Positions 1 to 10,208 of a stretch of DNA of 64,000 bases are shown here, in pieces. A program made the position numbers and the translations under genes. Each line of letters starts with the position of its first letter. The stretch's first letter is position 1. This DNA is from Dechloromonas sp. (lineage in GTDB: Bacteria; Pseudomonadota; Gammaproteobacteria; Burkholderiales; Rhodocyclaceae), in assembly GCA_028687035.1 (NCBI GenBank), contig JAQUAX010000015.1, forward strand, positions 949 through 64,948, given 5' to 3'. The notes below the pieces were generated by a model. That model saw nothing but the letters and a program-made list of their open reading frames with translations. It was not told the origin of the DNA and searched no databases.

Positions 1-82
1 CCAGTGCATCAGAACCATGCCCATGTCCCAAAACCCGCCCCGCGGTAAAATCCCACTTTTTTCGCCCGCCGGAACCACATCC

Positions 83-1717
83 ATGCTGAACAAGCTCCCC
101 CATTTCCCCGGAGTCGCCGGTCCCGTCGTCGTCATCGTCATGGACGGCTACGGCCTGCCCAAGTCCGACGTCGGCAGCGCCATTGCCGCCGCCCGCAAGC
201 CGACGCTCGACCGCCTGTTCGCCGAATGCCCGCACATCCGCCTGCGCGCCCACGGCACCGCGGTCGGCATGCCGTCCGACGACGACATGGGCAATTCGGA
301 AGTCGGCCACAACGCGATCGGCGCCGGCCAGGTCTATGCGCAGGGGGCCGCGCTGGTCGCCAACGCGATCGCCGACGGCGCGATCTGGCAGGGTGAGGCC
401 TGGCAGCAGGTGGTCGCCGGCGCGAAAGCAGGCCGCGGCGTCATCCATTTCATCGGGCTGTTTTCCGACGGCAACGTGCATAGCCACATCGACCACCTGA
501 AGGCGATGGTCGTCCGCGCCAAGGAAGAAGGCGTCGCCAAGGTGCGCATCCACGCGCTGCTCGACGGCCGCGACGTGCCGGAAACCAGCGCCCTCGACTA
601 TGTCGTTCCCTTCGAGGCCTTCCTGGCCGAGATCAGCGATGCTTCCTTCGACGCCCGCATCGCCTCCGGCGGCGGCCGCCAGTACATCACGATGGACCGC
701 TACGACGCCAACTGGGCGATGGTCGAAAAAGGCTGGAAAACCCACGTGCTCGGCGAAGGCCCGCAGTTCGCCAACGCCACCGCCGCGGTCAACGGCCTGC
801 GCGAGCGCCATCCCGGCACCATCGACCAGGATCTGCCGGAATTCGTCATCGCCGACGCCGGCCAGCCGATCGGCACGATCGAGGACGGCGACGCCGTCGT
901 CTTCTACAACTTCCGCGGCGACCGCGCGATCGAAATCACGCGCGCCTTCGTCGAGGCCGATTTCGACAAGTTCGACCGCGTCCGCTGGCCGCAGGTGACC
1001 TACGCCGGCATGCTGCAGTACGACGGCGACCTGCAACTGCCGAAGCGCTTCCTGGTCGCCCCGCCGGCGATCAAGGACACCTCGGCCGAATGGTTCAGCA
1101 AGCTCGGCCTCGCCCAGTTTGCCTGCTCCGAAACCCAGAAGTTCGGCCACGTGACCTATTTCTGGAACGGCAACCGCTCCGGCAGGTTCGACGGCGAAAC
1201 CTGGCAGGAAGTCCCGAGCGACGTCGTCCCCTTCGAGCAGCGGCCGTGGATGAAGTCGGCCGAAATCGCCGACGCGATGATCGCCGCCGTGCGCTCCGGC
1301 CAGTACAAGGTGCTGCGCTGCAACTTCGCCAACGGCGACATGGTCGGCCACACCGGCAATTTCGAGGCGGCGACGATTGCCGTCGAAGCCGTCGACCTGG
1401 CGCTTTCCCGGCTGCTGCCGGCGATCGCCGCGGCCGGCGGCGTCGCGCTGATCACCGCCGACCACGGCAACGCCGACGAAATGTTCGAGCTCGACAAGAA
1501 GACCCAGCAGCCGGCGTTGAACAAGGACGGCAGCTACAAGGCGAAGACCGCGCACACGCTGAACCCGGTGCCGCTGATCCTGTTTGGTGGCGGCGATCGC
1601 CTCGCCCTGCAGCAGACCGCGACGGCCGGTCTGTCCAACCTCGCCGCCACCGTCGCCAACCTGCTCGGCTACGACAAGCACCCGAGCTGGGACGACAGCC
1701 TGCTCGAAATCCGCTGA
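83..1717 (+). CDS. gpmI: 2,3-bisphosphoglycerate-independent phosphoglycerate mutase
   Basis: ORF 17..1717 carries motifs VVIVMDGYG, DDDMGNSEVGHNAIGAG and ITADHGNADEM, typical of Mn-dependent iPGM. The first 22 codons have weak third-position GC, so ATG 83 (MLNKLP) is preferred over 17. Confidence 0.85.
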   Translation: MLNKLPHFPGVAGPVVVIVMDGYGLPKSDVGSAIAAARKPTLDRLFAECPHIRLRAHGTAVGMPSDDDMGNSEVGHNAIGAGQVYAQGAALVANAIADGAIWQGEAWQQVVAGAKAGRGVIHFIGLFSDGNVHSHIDHLKAMVVRAKEEGVAKVRIHALLDGRDVPETSALDYVVPFEAFLAEISDASFDARIASGGGRQYITMDRYDANWAMVEKGWKTHVLGEGPQFANATAAVNGLRERHPGTIDQDLPEFVIADAGQPIGTIEDGDAVVFYNFRGDRAIEITRAFVEADFDKFDRVRWPQVTYAGMLQYDGDLQLPKRFLVAPPAIKDTSAEWFSKLGLAQFACSETQKFGHVTYFWNGNRSGRFDGETWQEVPSDVVPFEQRPWMKSAEIADAMIAAVRSGQYKVLRCNFANGDMVGHTGNFEAATIAVEAVDLALSRLLPAIAAAGGVALITADHGNADEMFELDKKTQQPALNKDGSYKAKTAHTLNPVPLILFGGGDRLALQQTATAGLSNLAATVANLLGYDKHPSWDDSLLEIR

Positions 1718-1738
1718 TCCGCGCGCGAGCGGAACGCA

Positions 1739-1770
1739 GGGCGCCGGCCGCTTCGGCCGGCGCCCTTTTT
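1739..1770 (+). terminator. Rho-independent terminator after gpmI
   Basis: GGGCGCCGGCCG / CGGCCGGCGCCC stem (1739-1750 / 1754-1765) is followed by TTTTT, and a second T-run lies at 1779-1784. Confidence 0.8.
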
Positions 1771-1865
1771 CATTTCGGTTTTTTCGAAAAATTGGCTATG
1801 TTGCGCAGGTGGCCGCGTCGCGGTCGACCGCCTAAAATCGCCGAATTCCATCCAGGCCCATCGCC

Positions 1866-2624
1866 ATGCCCGAACTGTTGCTTTCCCCCGAAATCTGGGT
1901 CGCCTTCTTCACGCTGACCGCGTTGGAGCTGGTGCTCGGCATCGACAACATCATCTTCATCTCGATCCTGGTCGACAAGCTGCCGCCGGAGAAGCGCGAG
2001 CTGGCGCGGCGCATCGGCCTGTTCCTCGCGATGTTCATGCGCATCGGCCTGTTGTTGATCCTGTCGTGGATCGTCGGCCTGACCGCGCCGGTGATGTCGC
2101 CCTTCGGCATCGACATCTCGGGGCGCGACCTGATCCTGATCGCCGGCGGCCTGTTCCTGATCTGGAAGAGCACCGGCGAGGTGCACCAGCTGCTCGAGGG
2201 CGAGGAAGGCGAGGAATCGCGCAAGGTCGCGTCGAGCTTCGCCGGCGTCGTCGCGCAGATCATGGTCATCGACCTCGTCTTCTCGCTCGACTCGATCATC
2301 ACGGCGGTCGGCATGGTCAGCCAGGTCGGCGTGATGATCGCCGCGGTGATCGCCTCGGTCGGCCTGATGATGCTGTTCGCCCGCTCGATCGGCGAATTCG
2401 TGTCCAATCACCCGACGATCAAGATGCTGGCGCTGTCCTTCCTGGTCGTCGTCGGCGTCGTGCTGATCGCCGACGGCTTCGGCCACCACGTGCCGAAGGG
2501 CTACATCTACTTCGCGATGGCCTTCTCGGTCGCCGTCGAGATGCTGAACATCCGGATGCGCAAGAAGGACGTCAAGCCGGTCGATCTGCGCGAGCCCTAC
2601 GCCCGCGAATTCGGGGCGGACTGA
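1866..2624 (+). CDS. TerC family integral membrane protein (short YjbE/YoaE-like form)
   Basis: 252 aa and multi-TM. The N-terminal LELVLGIDNIIFISILV motif and repeated hydrophobic segments are typical of TerC. Confidence 0.8.
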   Translation: MPELLLSPEIWVAFFTLTALELVLGIDNIIFISILVDKLPPEKRELARRIGLFLAMFMRIGLLLILSWIVGLTAPVMSPFGIDISGRDLILIAGGLFLIWKSTGEVHQLLEGEEGEESRKVASSFAGVVAQIMVIDLVFSLDSIITAVGMVSQVGVMIAAVIASVGLMMLFARSIGEFVSNHPTIKMLALSFLVVVGVVLIADGFGHHVPKGYIYFAMAFSVAVEMLNIRMRKKDVKPVDLREPYAREFGAD

Positions 2625-2630
2625 GCGCCT

Positions 2631-3698
2631 TCAGCCGCCCTCGTTGCAGCGCCGCCGGTAGTGCAGCGGCGCCATGCCGGTCCAGTCGACGAAGGCGCGG
2701 TAGAAGGCCGAGGGATCGGCATAGCCGAGGTCGGCAGCGACCTGGGCGATGCTGTCCTTGGTCTTGGCCAGCCGGGCCAGCGCCATGTCGCGGCGCAGCG
2801 CGTCCTTGATCGCCCGGAAGCTCGATCCTTCCTCTTCCAGCCGGCGCGACACCGTGCGCGGCGACTGGTGCAGCCGGGCGGCGATCTCGTCGAGCCCCGG
2901 CGTCGCCGGCAGCGCGTCGCGCAGCAGGTCGCGGACGCGTCCGACCATTTCGCGGTCGCGCCGGTACAACGTCGTGATCTTGCCCGGCGCGCCGTCGAGG
3001 AAGGCGGCCAGCGCGGCCTCGTCGCGGCGTACCGGCAGGTCGAGCAGGTTGGCGTTGAAAGCGGCGACCAGCGTTCCCTGGCCGCCCGGCACGGTCGGCG
3101 CGAAGCGCGAATCGGCGGTAAAGATCAGCGCGTAGTCGGCGAAGTGCGCCGGCTTGCGGTAGGGGAATATCACGCTGTCGAGCGCGACGCTGCGCCCGGC
3201 CAGCCAGCACGACAGGCCGTGCAGCAGGCGGAGCAGCCATTCGAAGGCGAAGATGCGGCCGGGGTCGTCCGGGTCGTCGGCCAGCCGGCGGGTCTCGGCG
3301 ATCACCAGCTCGGCGTGGCCGTGGCTGCGCCGAACGGCGACCGCGAGATCGGGCAGCACCAGGCGCAGGAAGCGGCTGGCCCGGGCCAGTGCCTCGGCCA
3401 GCGTCGGCGCCGCGATGCAGCCGCGGCACAGGAATTCGAAGCTGCCGCCGCGCATCGGCTGGGCGAACAGCGCAAAGCCCTCGTCATCGAGTTCGCGGTT
3501 CAGCAGGTTGTACAGCGCGGCGTAGCGGTCGATCGGAATCCGGCTGGCGCTGTCTGCAATGTCGATGCCGACGGCCGTCAGCAGCGGCTCCGGATCGCTG
3601 CCACGGCGGCGCAGGCCGGCCAGCATTCCGGTCACAAATCCCATGGCGACAGTAGCTTGCGGACGGCGGGCGGGGTTCGGCATGTTGCATTGCAGCAT
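2631..3698 (-). CDS. AraC family transcriptional regulator with N-terminal ligand-binding-like domain
   Basis: C-terminal double HTH ([28 protein letters not shown] ... [17 protein letters not shown]). It is a paralog of 54229..55293 and divergent from icmF. Confidence 0.8.
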   Translation of the reverse strand: MLQCNMPNPARRPQATVAMGFVTGMLAGLRRRGSDPEPLLTAVGIDIADSASRIPIDRYAALYNLLNRELDDEGFALFAQPMRGGSFEFLCRGCIAAPTLAEALARASRFLRLVLPDLAVAVRRSHGHAELVIAETRRLADDPDDPGRIFAFEWLLRLLHGLSCWLAGRSVALDSVIFPYRKPAHFADYALIFTADSRFAPTVPGGQGTLVAAFNANLLDLPVRRDEAALAAFLDGAPGKITTLYRRDREMVGRVRDLLRDALPATPGLDEIAARLHQSPRTVSRRLEEEGSSFRAIKDALRRDMALARLAKTKDSIAQVAADLGYADPSAFYRAFVDWTGMAPLHYRRRCNEGG

Positions 3699-3840
3699 TT
3701 CGCTGCATTCCGGGTGGTCGACCGCGACAGGCTATCATCTTGGCGGAATTTGCACGATAGGCGTCGTTGACGGCAATGGCACGGCGAGCCGGACGGCATA
3801 CCATGGCTGCCTCTTCATTCCATTCGCCGAGGCCCGCGTC

Positions 3841-6800
3841 ATGACCGATCTGTCCGTTGCCAAGAAACTGGCCCCCTACAAGCCGAAGAACAAGGTCCGC
3901 TTCGTCACCGCCGCATCGCTGTTCGACGGCCACGATGCGTCGATCAACATCATGCGTCGCATCCTGCAATCGACCGGCGCCGAGGTCATCCACCTCGGCC
4001 ACAACCGCTCGGTGCAGGAAATCGTCAACGCGGCGCTGCAGGAAGACGCGCAGGGCATCTGCATCACCTCCTACCAGGGCGGCCACGTCGAATTCTTCAA
4101 GTACATGATCGACCTGCTGAAGGCCAACGGCGGCGAGAACATCAAGGTCTTCGGCGGCGGCGGCGGTGTCATCGTGCCGGCCGAGATTCGCGAACTGCAC
4201 GACTACGGCGTGACCCGCATCTACGCGCCGGAGGACGGTGTGCACATGGGCCTGCAGGGCATGATCAACGACGTCGTCGAGAAGTCCGACTTCAACCTGG
4301 CCAGCGACGGCGTGCCGGCGCCGGACAAGGTGCTGGCCGGCCTGGCCGCCGGCGACAAGCGCCTGCTGGCGCGCGTCATCACGCTGCTCGAGAACGGCGC
4401 CGCGCCGGAACTGAAGGAGCCGCTGCTCAAGGCGGCCGCGGCGACCACCGTGCCGGTGCTCGGCATCACCGGGACCGGCGGCGCCGGCAAGTCGTCGCTG
4501 ACCGACGAAATCGTCCGCCGTTTCCGGCTCGACCAGGAAGACCGCGTGAAGATCGCGCTGGTCTCGATCGACCCGTCGCGCAAGCGGACCGGCGGCGCGC
4601 TGCTCGGCGACCGGATCCGGATGAACGCGATCGAGCATCCGAACATCTTCATGCGCTCGCTGGCCACCCGCGACACCGGCTCGGAAATTTCCGCCGCGCT
4701 GCCGGAAGTCATCGCCGCCTGCAAGCTGGCCGGCTTCGACCTGGTCGTCGTCGAAACCTCGGGCATCGGCCAGGGCGACGCGGCGATCGTCCCCTTCGTC
4801 GATGTGTCGATGTATGTGATGACGCCGGAGTTCGGCGCCGCCAGCCAGCTCGAGAAGATCGACATGCTCGACTTCGCCGATTTCGTCGCGATCAACAAGT
4901 TCGACCGCAAGGGCGCCGAGGACGCGCTGCGCGACGTGCGCAAGCAGTACCAGCGCAACCGCGAGCTGTTCACGACGCCGACCGACGAGATGCCGGTGTT
5001 CGGCACGATGGCCGCCCGCTTCAACGACGACGGTGTCACCGCGCTGTACCAGGCGCTGGTCCCGGCGCTCGCCGGCAAGGGCCTCAAGCTGAAGGCCGGC
5101 AAGCTGCCGCCGGTCACCGTCCGCCAGTCGTCGGCCAGCCGCGCGATCGTGCCGACGGCGCGCGTCCGCTACCTGGCCGAGATCGCCGACACCGTGCGCG
5201 GCTACCACGCGCATGTCGACGAACAGGTGAAGATCGCCCGCGAGCGCCAGTCGCTGCGCATCAGCCAGGGCATTTTCGCCGCCTGCGACAAGTCGACCGC
5301 GGAATTCGGCGAACTGCTCGTCGCCAAGGACGGCGAACAGGACGCCAAGGCGAAGAAGCTGCTCGACATGTGGCCGCAGACCGTCGAGGCCTATTCGGGC
5401 GACGAATACGTCGTGAAGATCCGCGACAAGGAAATCCGCACCAAGCTGACCAGCGAATCGCTGTCCGGCACCAAGATCCGCAAGGTGATCCTGCCGAAGT
5501 ACACCGACGACGGCGAAATCCTGCGCTTCCTGATGAAGGAAAACGTTCCCGGCTCCTTCCCCTACACCGCCGGCGTCTTCGCCTTCAAGCGCGAAGGCGA
5601 GGATCCGACCCGGATGTTCGCCGGCGAAGGCGATGCCTTCCGGACCAACCGCCGCTTCAAGAAGGTCTCCGAGGGGATGCCGGCGCACCGCCTGTCGACC
5701 GCCTTCGACTCGGTGACGCTGTACGGCTGCGACCCGGACGAGCGCCCGGACATCTACGGCAAGATCGGCAACTCCGGCGTGTCGATCGCGACGCTCGACG
5801 ACATGAAGGTGCTGTACGACGGTTTCGACCTGGTCTGCCCGACGACCTCGGTGTCGATGACGATCAACGGCCCGGCGCCGATCATCCTGGCCTGCTTCTT
5901 CAATACCGCGATCGACCAGCAGATTGCCAAGTTCAAGGCCGACAACGGCCGCCAGCCGACCGAGGACGAAGCCGAGAAGATTCGCGAATGGGTGCTGAAG
6001 ACCGTGCGCGGCACCGTGCAGGCCGACATCCTGAAGGAAGACCAGGGCCAGAACACCTGCATCTTCTCGACCGAGTTCGCGCTGAAGATGATGGGCGACA
6101 TCCAGGAATTCTTCGTCCATAACCAGGTGCAGAACTTCTACTCGGTGTCGATTTCCGGCTACCACATCGCCGAAGCCGGCGCCAACCCGATCAGCCAGCT
6201 CGCCTTCACGCTGTCGAACGGCTTCACCTACGTCGAAAGCTACCTGGCGCGCGGCATGCACATCGACGATTTCGCGCCCAACCTGTCCTTCTTCTTCTCC
6301 AACGGCATGGACCCGGAATACTCGGTAATCGGCCGCGTCGCCCGCCGCATCTGGGCCGTGGCCATGAAGAACAAGTACGGCGCCAACGAGCGCAGCCAGA
6401 AGCTGAAGTACCACGTCCAGACCTCGGGCCGCTCGCTGCACGCGCAGGAAATGGACTTCAACGACATCCGGACGACGCTGCAGGCGCTGATCGCCATCTA
6501 CGACAACTGCAACTCGCTGCACACCAACGCCTACGACGAGGCGATCACGACGCCGACGGAAGAGTCCGTGCGCCGCGCGATGGCGATCCAGCTGATCATC
6601 AACCGCGAATGGGGCGTGTCGAAGAACGAGAACCCGAACCAGGGCGCCTTCGTCATCGACGAACTGACCGACCTGGTCGAGGAAGCCGTGCTGAAGGAAT
6701 TCGAAGCCATCGCCAGCCGCGGCGGCGTGCTCGGCGCCATGGAAACCGGCTACCAGCGCGGCAAGATCCAGGAAGAGTCGATGGTCTACGAGCACAAGAA

Positions 6801-7104
6801 GCACGACGGCTCGTACCCGATCATCGGCGTCAATACCTTCCTGAACCCGAAGGGCATGGCGCAGCAGGAAATCGAACTGGCCCGGTCGAGCGAGGAAGAA
6901 AAGCAGTCGCAGATCCAGCGCCTGCGCGAATTCCAGGCACGCAACGCGTCGACCGCGCCGGCCATGCTGGAAAAGCTGAAGCAGACGGTGATCGACAACG
7001 GCAACGTCTTCGCGGTGCTGATGGACGCGGTGCGCTGCTGCTCGCTCGGCCAGATCAGCTCGGCGCTGTACGAAGTCGGCGGCCAGTACCGCAGAAGCAT
7101 GTAA
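3841..7104 (+). CDS. icmF: Fused isobutyryl-CoA mutase (B12-binding domain + MeaB-like GTPase + mutase domain)
   Basis: N-terminal B12 domain ([24 protein letters not shown]), G-protein P-loop ([16 protein letters not shown]) and a large C-terminal mutase domain. About 1087 aa from ATG 3841. The upstream part of ORF 3559.. overlaps the araC promoter region and is not coding-like. Confidence 0.9.
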   Translation: MTDLSVAKKLAPYKPKNKVRFVTAASLFDGHDASINIMRRILQSTGAEVIHLGHNRSVQEIVNAALQEDAQGICITSYQGGHVEFFKYMIDLLKANGGENIKVFGGGGGVIVPAEIRELHDYGVTRIYAPEDGVHMGLQGMINDVVEKSDFNLASDGVPAPDKVLAGLAAGDKRLLARVITLLENGAAPELKEPLLKAAAATTVPVLGITGTGGAGKSSLTDEIVRRFRLDQEDRVKIALVSIDPSRKRTGGALLGDRIRMNAIEHPNIFMRSLATRDTGSEISAALPEVIAACKLAGFDLVVVETSGIGQGDAAIVPFVDVSMYVMTPEFGAASQLEKIDMLDFADFVAINKFDRKGAEDALRDVRKQYQRNRELFTTPTDEMPVFGTMAARFNDDGVTALYQALVPALAGKGLKLKAGKLPPVTVRQSSASRAIVPTARVRYLAEIADTVRGYHAHVDEQVKIARERQSLRISQGIFAACDKSTAEFGELLVAKDGEQDAKAKKLLDMWPQTVEAYSGDEYVVKIRDKEIRTKLTSESLSGTKIRKVILPKYTDDGEILRFLMKENVPGSFPYTAGVFAFKREGEDPTRMFAGEGDAFRTNRRFKKVSEGMPAHRLSTAFDSVTLYGCDPDERPDIYGKIGNSGVSIATLDDMKVLYDGFDLVCPTTSVSMTINGPAPIILACFFNTAIDQQIAKFKADNGRQPTEDEAEKIREWVLKTVRGTVQADILKEDQGQNTCIFSTEFALKMMGDIQEFFVHNQVQNFYSVSISGYHIAEAGANPISQLAFTLSNGFTYVESYLARGMHIDDFAPNLSFFFSNGMDPEYSVIGRVARRIWAVAMKNKYGANERSQKLKYHVQTSGRSLHAQEMDFNDIRTTLQALIAIYDNCNSLHTNAYDEAITTPTEESVRRAMAIQLIINREWGVSKNENPNQGAFVIDELTDLVEEAVLKEFEAIASRGGVLGAMETGYQRGKIQEESMVYEHKKHDGSYPIIGVNTFLNPKGMAQQEIELARSSEEEKQSQIQRLREFQARNASTAPAMLEKLKQTVIDNGNVFAVLMDAVRCCSLGQISSALYEVGGQYRRSM

Positions 7105-7135
7105 GCGAACCCGACAGGGTGGAGGAGAAACAACG

Positions 7136-7165
7136 GCGGCGAGGCGATGTACCTCGCCGCTTTTC
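7136..7165 (+). terminator. Rho-independent terminator after icmF
   Basis: GCGGCGAGG (7136-7144) pairs with CCTCGCCGC (7152-7160) across a 7-nt loop, followed by TTTTC. Confidence 0.7.
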
Positions 7166-7232
7166 ATTTGGGCGGGCGTTGCGGCCTGGCTCTTCAGGGT
7201 TCGGCTTGCTCCAGGCGCCGTCCATCTGTCGC

Positions 7233-8207
7233 TCAGCCCTCGCGGTCAGAGCCCTGGCGGGCGAGCAGCTTTTCCTTGCGCAGCGACAGCGCGATGGAGA
7301 TGCCGATGAAGGTGGCGACGACGGCCAGCGAGAAGCCGATCGGGATCTTGTAGAGGTCGATCAGCAGCATCTTGACGCCGATGAAGACGAGCACCGCCGC
7401 CAGCCCGTACTTGAGCAGCGAGAAGCGGCCGGCCATGTCGGCGAGCAGGAAGTACATGGCGCGCAGGCCGAGGATGGCGAAGATGTTCGAGGTCAGGACG
7501 ATGAAGGGATCGCCGGTGATCGCGAAGATGGCCGGGATCGAATCGACGGCGAAGATGAGGTCGGAAATCTCGACCAGCACCAGCGCCAGGAACAGCGGCG
7601 TGACGTAGCGGATGCCGTCCTGGTGGACGATGAAGCGTTCGCCGTGCAGGCGCTCGGTGATCTTCATGTGGCCGCGCAGCCACTTGAGCAGCGGGTTGTT
7701 GGCGAGATCCGGCTGTTCGTTGGCGAACCACCACATCTTGATGCCGGTGACCAGCAGGAAGGCGCCGAACAGGTAGAGAATCCAGTGGAACTGGGCGATC
7801 AGCCAGGCGCCGGCGAAGATCATCGCGGTCCGCATCAGGATCGCGCCGAGCACGCCGTAGATCAGCACCCGTTTCTGCAATTCGAGCGGGATGCCGAAGA
7901 ACGCGAAGAGCATCAGCCAGACGAAGACGTTATCGACGGCCAGCGATTTCTCGATCAGGTAGCCGGTGATGAATTCCAGCGTTTTCTGGTTGGCCAGTTC
8001 GCGCCCGGCGGCACCGTCCAGATACCACCAGAGGCCGGCCGCGAACAGGAAGGACACGGAAACCCAGATCCCCGACCAGGTGGCGGCCTCGCGGATGCTG
8101 ACGCGGTGCTGCTTGCCGCCGCCGACCAGAAACAGGTCGATGGCCAGCATGACCAGCACGATGCTGCCGAAAGACGTCCATAGCCAGACGTTGCCGATGG
8201 TTTCCAT
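7233..8207 (-). CDS. TerC/Alx-type integral membrane protein
   Basis: 324 aa. N-terminus METIGNVWLWTSFGSIVLVMLAIDL... and the LAVDNVFV motif are typical of Alx/TerC. A strong SD (GGGAGGGAGC) lies just upstream. Confidence 0.8.
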   Translation of the reverse strand: METIGNVWLWTSFGSIVLVMLAIDLFLVGGGKQHRVSIREAATWSGIWVSVSFLFAAGLWWYLDGAAGRELANQKTLEFITGYLIEKSLAVDNVFVWLMLFAFFGIPLELQKRVLIYGVLGAILMRTAMIFAGAWLIAQFHWILYLFGAFLLVTGIKMWWFANEQPDLANNPLLKWLRGHMKITERLHGERFIVHQDGIRYVTPLFLALVLVEISDLIFAVDSIPAIFAITGDPFIVLTSNIFAILGLRAMYFLLADMAGRFSLLKYGLAAVLVFIGVKMLLIDLYKIPIGFSLAVVATFIGISIALSLRKEKLLARQGSDREG

Positions 8208-8237
8208 GCTCCCTCCCGTGCTTCGGTCTTAACGTAT

Positions 8238-8906
8238 TCAGCTGATGCGGATCGGGTTGCCGGCCGTGCCGCGCGCAGGCGCCGCACCGGCGGCCAGGCC
8301 GTCGCCCCAGGCATCGAGCGCGCCGAGGAACAGGCGTTCCTCGCCCTGAGCCAGGTGGCCGTCGCTGCTGATCACCGAAATGATCAGCCGGAGCACGCTG
8401 TGCCTGGCCTCGACCTCGGTCACTTCGGCGAAGAGGCCGGCGAGCAGGCCGGGCGAAACGCGCCAGTCGGCGGCGCCGCCGGCGAGACGCGAGACATCGG
8501 CGCAGAACTCGTGCAGCACCTGGACGAAACCTTCGCGGCTGATGTTCAGCGCGGCGAAGCTGCCGCGCCGGTTGAGCACTTCCAGTTCGCACTCGTCGAG
8601 GCGGCCGTCGGCGAGCAGGGCCAGGACCACCAGGCGTGCCCTGGCCTGCGGACTGTTGATCGGGTAGCGGCGCAGCGGGTGGCGGGACGGGGTCGGTGAC
8701 TGGAACATGGCACGGGCCTGAAGCGTCATCATCGTCATTTCCTTTCGTTCGAGTTGCATCGTGGCGTGCGGTGTGGCGGCGGAAGCTCCCGACGTCCGGC
8801 GGCGGGCAAAGGCCGGTACCGGGCGCGCTCCCTCGCAGTGGGCGGGTTCATCGACCTGGCCATGCGGGGCATCGCAAAAGGCATTGCAGTCTTCGACGGT
8901 GATCAT
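8238..8906 (-). CDS. TerB-like domain protein (start uncertain)
   Basis: Two ADG/SDG-x4-E repeats (LADGRLDECELEVL, SSDGHLAQGEERLFL) are typical of the TerB fold. ATG 8906 has SD GAGGAGA and coding-like GC3. Alternative start is near 8738 (AAAGGAA ATG). Confidence 0.55.
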   Translation of the reverse strand: MITVEDCNAFCDAPHGQVDEPAHCEGARPVPAFARRRTSGASAATPHATMQLERKEMTMMTLQARAMFQSPTPSRHPLRRYPINSPQARARLVVLALLADGRLDECELEVLNRRGSFAALNISREGFVQVLHEFCADVSRLAGGAADWRVSPGLLAGLFAEVTEVEARHSVLRLIISVISSDGHLAQGEERLFLGALDAWGDGLAAGAAPARGTAGNPIRIS

Positions 8907-9025
8907 GAGGTCTCCTCGGGGGATCGGCTGCGGGAAGTCCGCGGCGCATGGACGCAATCTAAGGCCACAATGATTTCCATTGAATGGATAATAATGGTGT
9001 TCCAACTTCCGTTTTCTGGAAATGT

Positions 9026-9949
9026 ATGAAGCCTGACGACCTCAACTTCCGACATCTGCTCTACTTCTGGGCGGTGGCCAAGGAGGGCAGCATCACCCGC
9101 GCTGCCGAGCGTCTCGGCCTGTCGGTGCAGGCGGTCAGCACCCAGCTCGGCCAGCTCGAGCGCCAGCTCGGCCAGGCCTTGCTGGCGCCGCGCGGCCGTT
9201 CGCTGACGCTGACCGAAGCGGGGCGGACCGCCCTGGCTCACGCCGACCAGATCTTCCAGCTCGGCGACCGGCTGCGGGATGCGCTGGCGGAGCCCTCGGC
9301 CGGGCGCATCCGGCTCGCCGTCGGCATCACCGACGCGGTGCCCAAGCTGATCGCTTTCCGCGTCCTCGAAGATGTCCTGCGTTTGCATCCCCGTCTCCGC
9401 CTCGAGTGCATTGAGGGCGAATTCGATCACCTGCTCGGCGAACTGGCGGTCAACCGCCTGGATCTCGTGCTGGCCGACCGTTCGGCGCCGCAGCGCGCCA
9501 ACCTGCGCCTGCAGTCGAAACTGCTCGGCAAGCTCGCCATCGCCTTCTTCGCTTCGCCACGCTTGCAGGACGAATACGGGGCCGACTTTCCCGGCCGTCT
9601 GCAGGGGGCGCCGATGCTCCTGCCGGTGCGCAGCGACCCGTTGCGGGCCGGCATCGATGCCTGGCTTGAGGCACGCGACATCCAGCCGCAGGTGATTGGG
9701 GAGTTTTCCGACAGCGCCCTGCTCAAGACTTTCGGCCGTGCCGGCCTCGGCATCTTCCCGGCGCCGCTCGCCCTGCAGGAAGACATCCGCGTCCAGTACG
9801 GCGCCCTGCCCATCGGCGAGCTGCCGGGGATCAGCGAAAGCTGGTACGCCATCGCCACCCAGCGGCGTCTGCAGCATCCGGCCGTTTCCTCCGTCCTCGA
9901 GGCGGGCAGCGGGTTCATGGAGCGCGGCGCCGGGTCTGACGCTGCCTGA
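9026..9949 (+). CDS. LysR family transcriptional regulator, NhaR-like
   Basis: N-terminal HTH (LNFRHLLYFWAVAKEGSITRAAERLGLSVQAVSTQLGQLE) closely resembles the NhaR subgroup. It is divergent from the TerB-like/TerC pair. Confidence 0.8.
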   Translation: MKPDDLNFRHLLYFWAVAKEGSITRAAERLGLSVQAVSTQLGQLERQLGQALLAPRGRSLTLTEAGRTALAHADQIFQLGDRLRDALAEPSAGRIRLAVGITDAVPKLIAFRVLEDVLRLHPRLRLECIEGEFDHLLGELAVNRLDLVLADRSAPQRANLRLQSKLLGKLAIAFFASPRLQDEYGADFPGRLQGAPMLLPVRSDPLRAGIDAWLEARDIQPQVIGEFSDSALLKTFGRAGLGIFPAPLALQEDIRVQYGALPIGELPGISESWYAIATQRRLQHPAVSSVLEAGSGFMERGAGSDAA

Positions 9950-10021
9950 GCCGTCGTGGTGAGCGCATTGCCTGGCGGATGTTTATTGCCATACCATCCG
10001 GGGAGATTCAGCGACCCCGCC

Positions 10022-10032
10022 GGGGGGGGGGG
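10022..10032. repeat. Homopolymeric G11 tract in intergenic region
   Basis: Direct reading shows c + 11 g + c at 10021-10033. The tract sits in the 259-nt gap between the LysR stop and the M48 peptidase start. Confidence 0.9.
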
Positions 10033-10208
10033 CGTGCCGTCCGCCGTCGTCAGGGCAGCGAGCGCTGCTGCGTCGGCCGGTGTTGATCAACGCTGCCCCG
10101 GCCTGCCGCTTCCTGCCGACTTCGCGGCAGCTCGCGACCGCGTGGAACGCATGAGGCCCGACGGACAGGGGGGCCCGGCGTCGGCGCGCCATTTGCAAGG
10201 AGACCCGC

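Noticed and set aside
1771-1865. A possible yybP-ykoY (Mn/pH) riboswitch upstream of the TerC genes; 8208..8237 was also considered.
   Set aside because: I saw no GGGGAGUAG-like conserved core. The leaders are only about 95 nt and 30 nt. An Infernal scan would be needed to be certain.
3699-3840. A cobalamin riboswitch upstream of the B12-dependent icmF.
   Set aside because: The region is only 142 nt and is shared with the divergent araC promoter. No B12-box-like sequence is visible.
3484-7167. Very long antisense or alternative-frame ORFs: 3484..7167 (-) of 1227 aa, 12303..14843 (-) of 846 aa, 33646..35898 (+) of 750 aa, 30181..33600 (-) of 1139 aa, and many of 200-600 aa.
   Set aside because: These are Arg/Ala/Gly/Pro/Asp-rich low-complexity translations. 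They lie opposite, or out of frame with, genes that carry clear catalytic motifs. Stop-codon scarcity in high-GC DNA explains them, and none has a motif I recognise.
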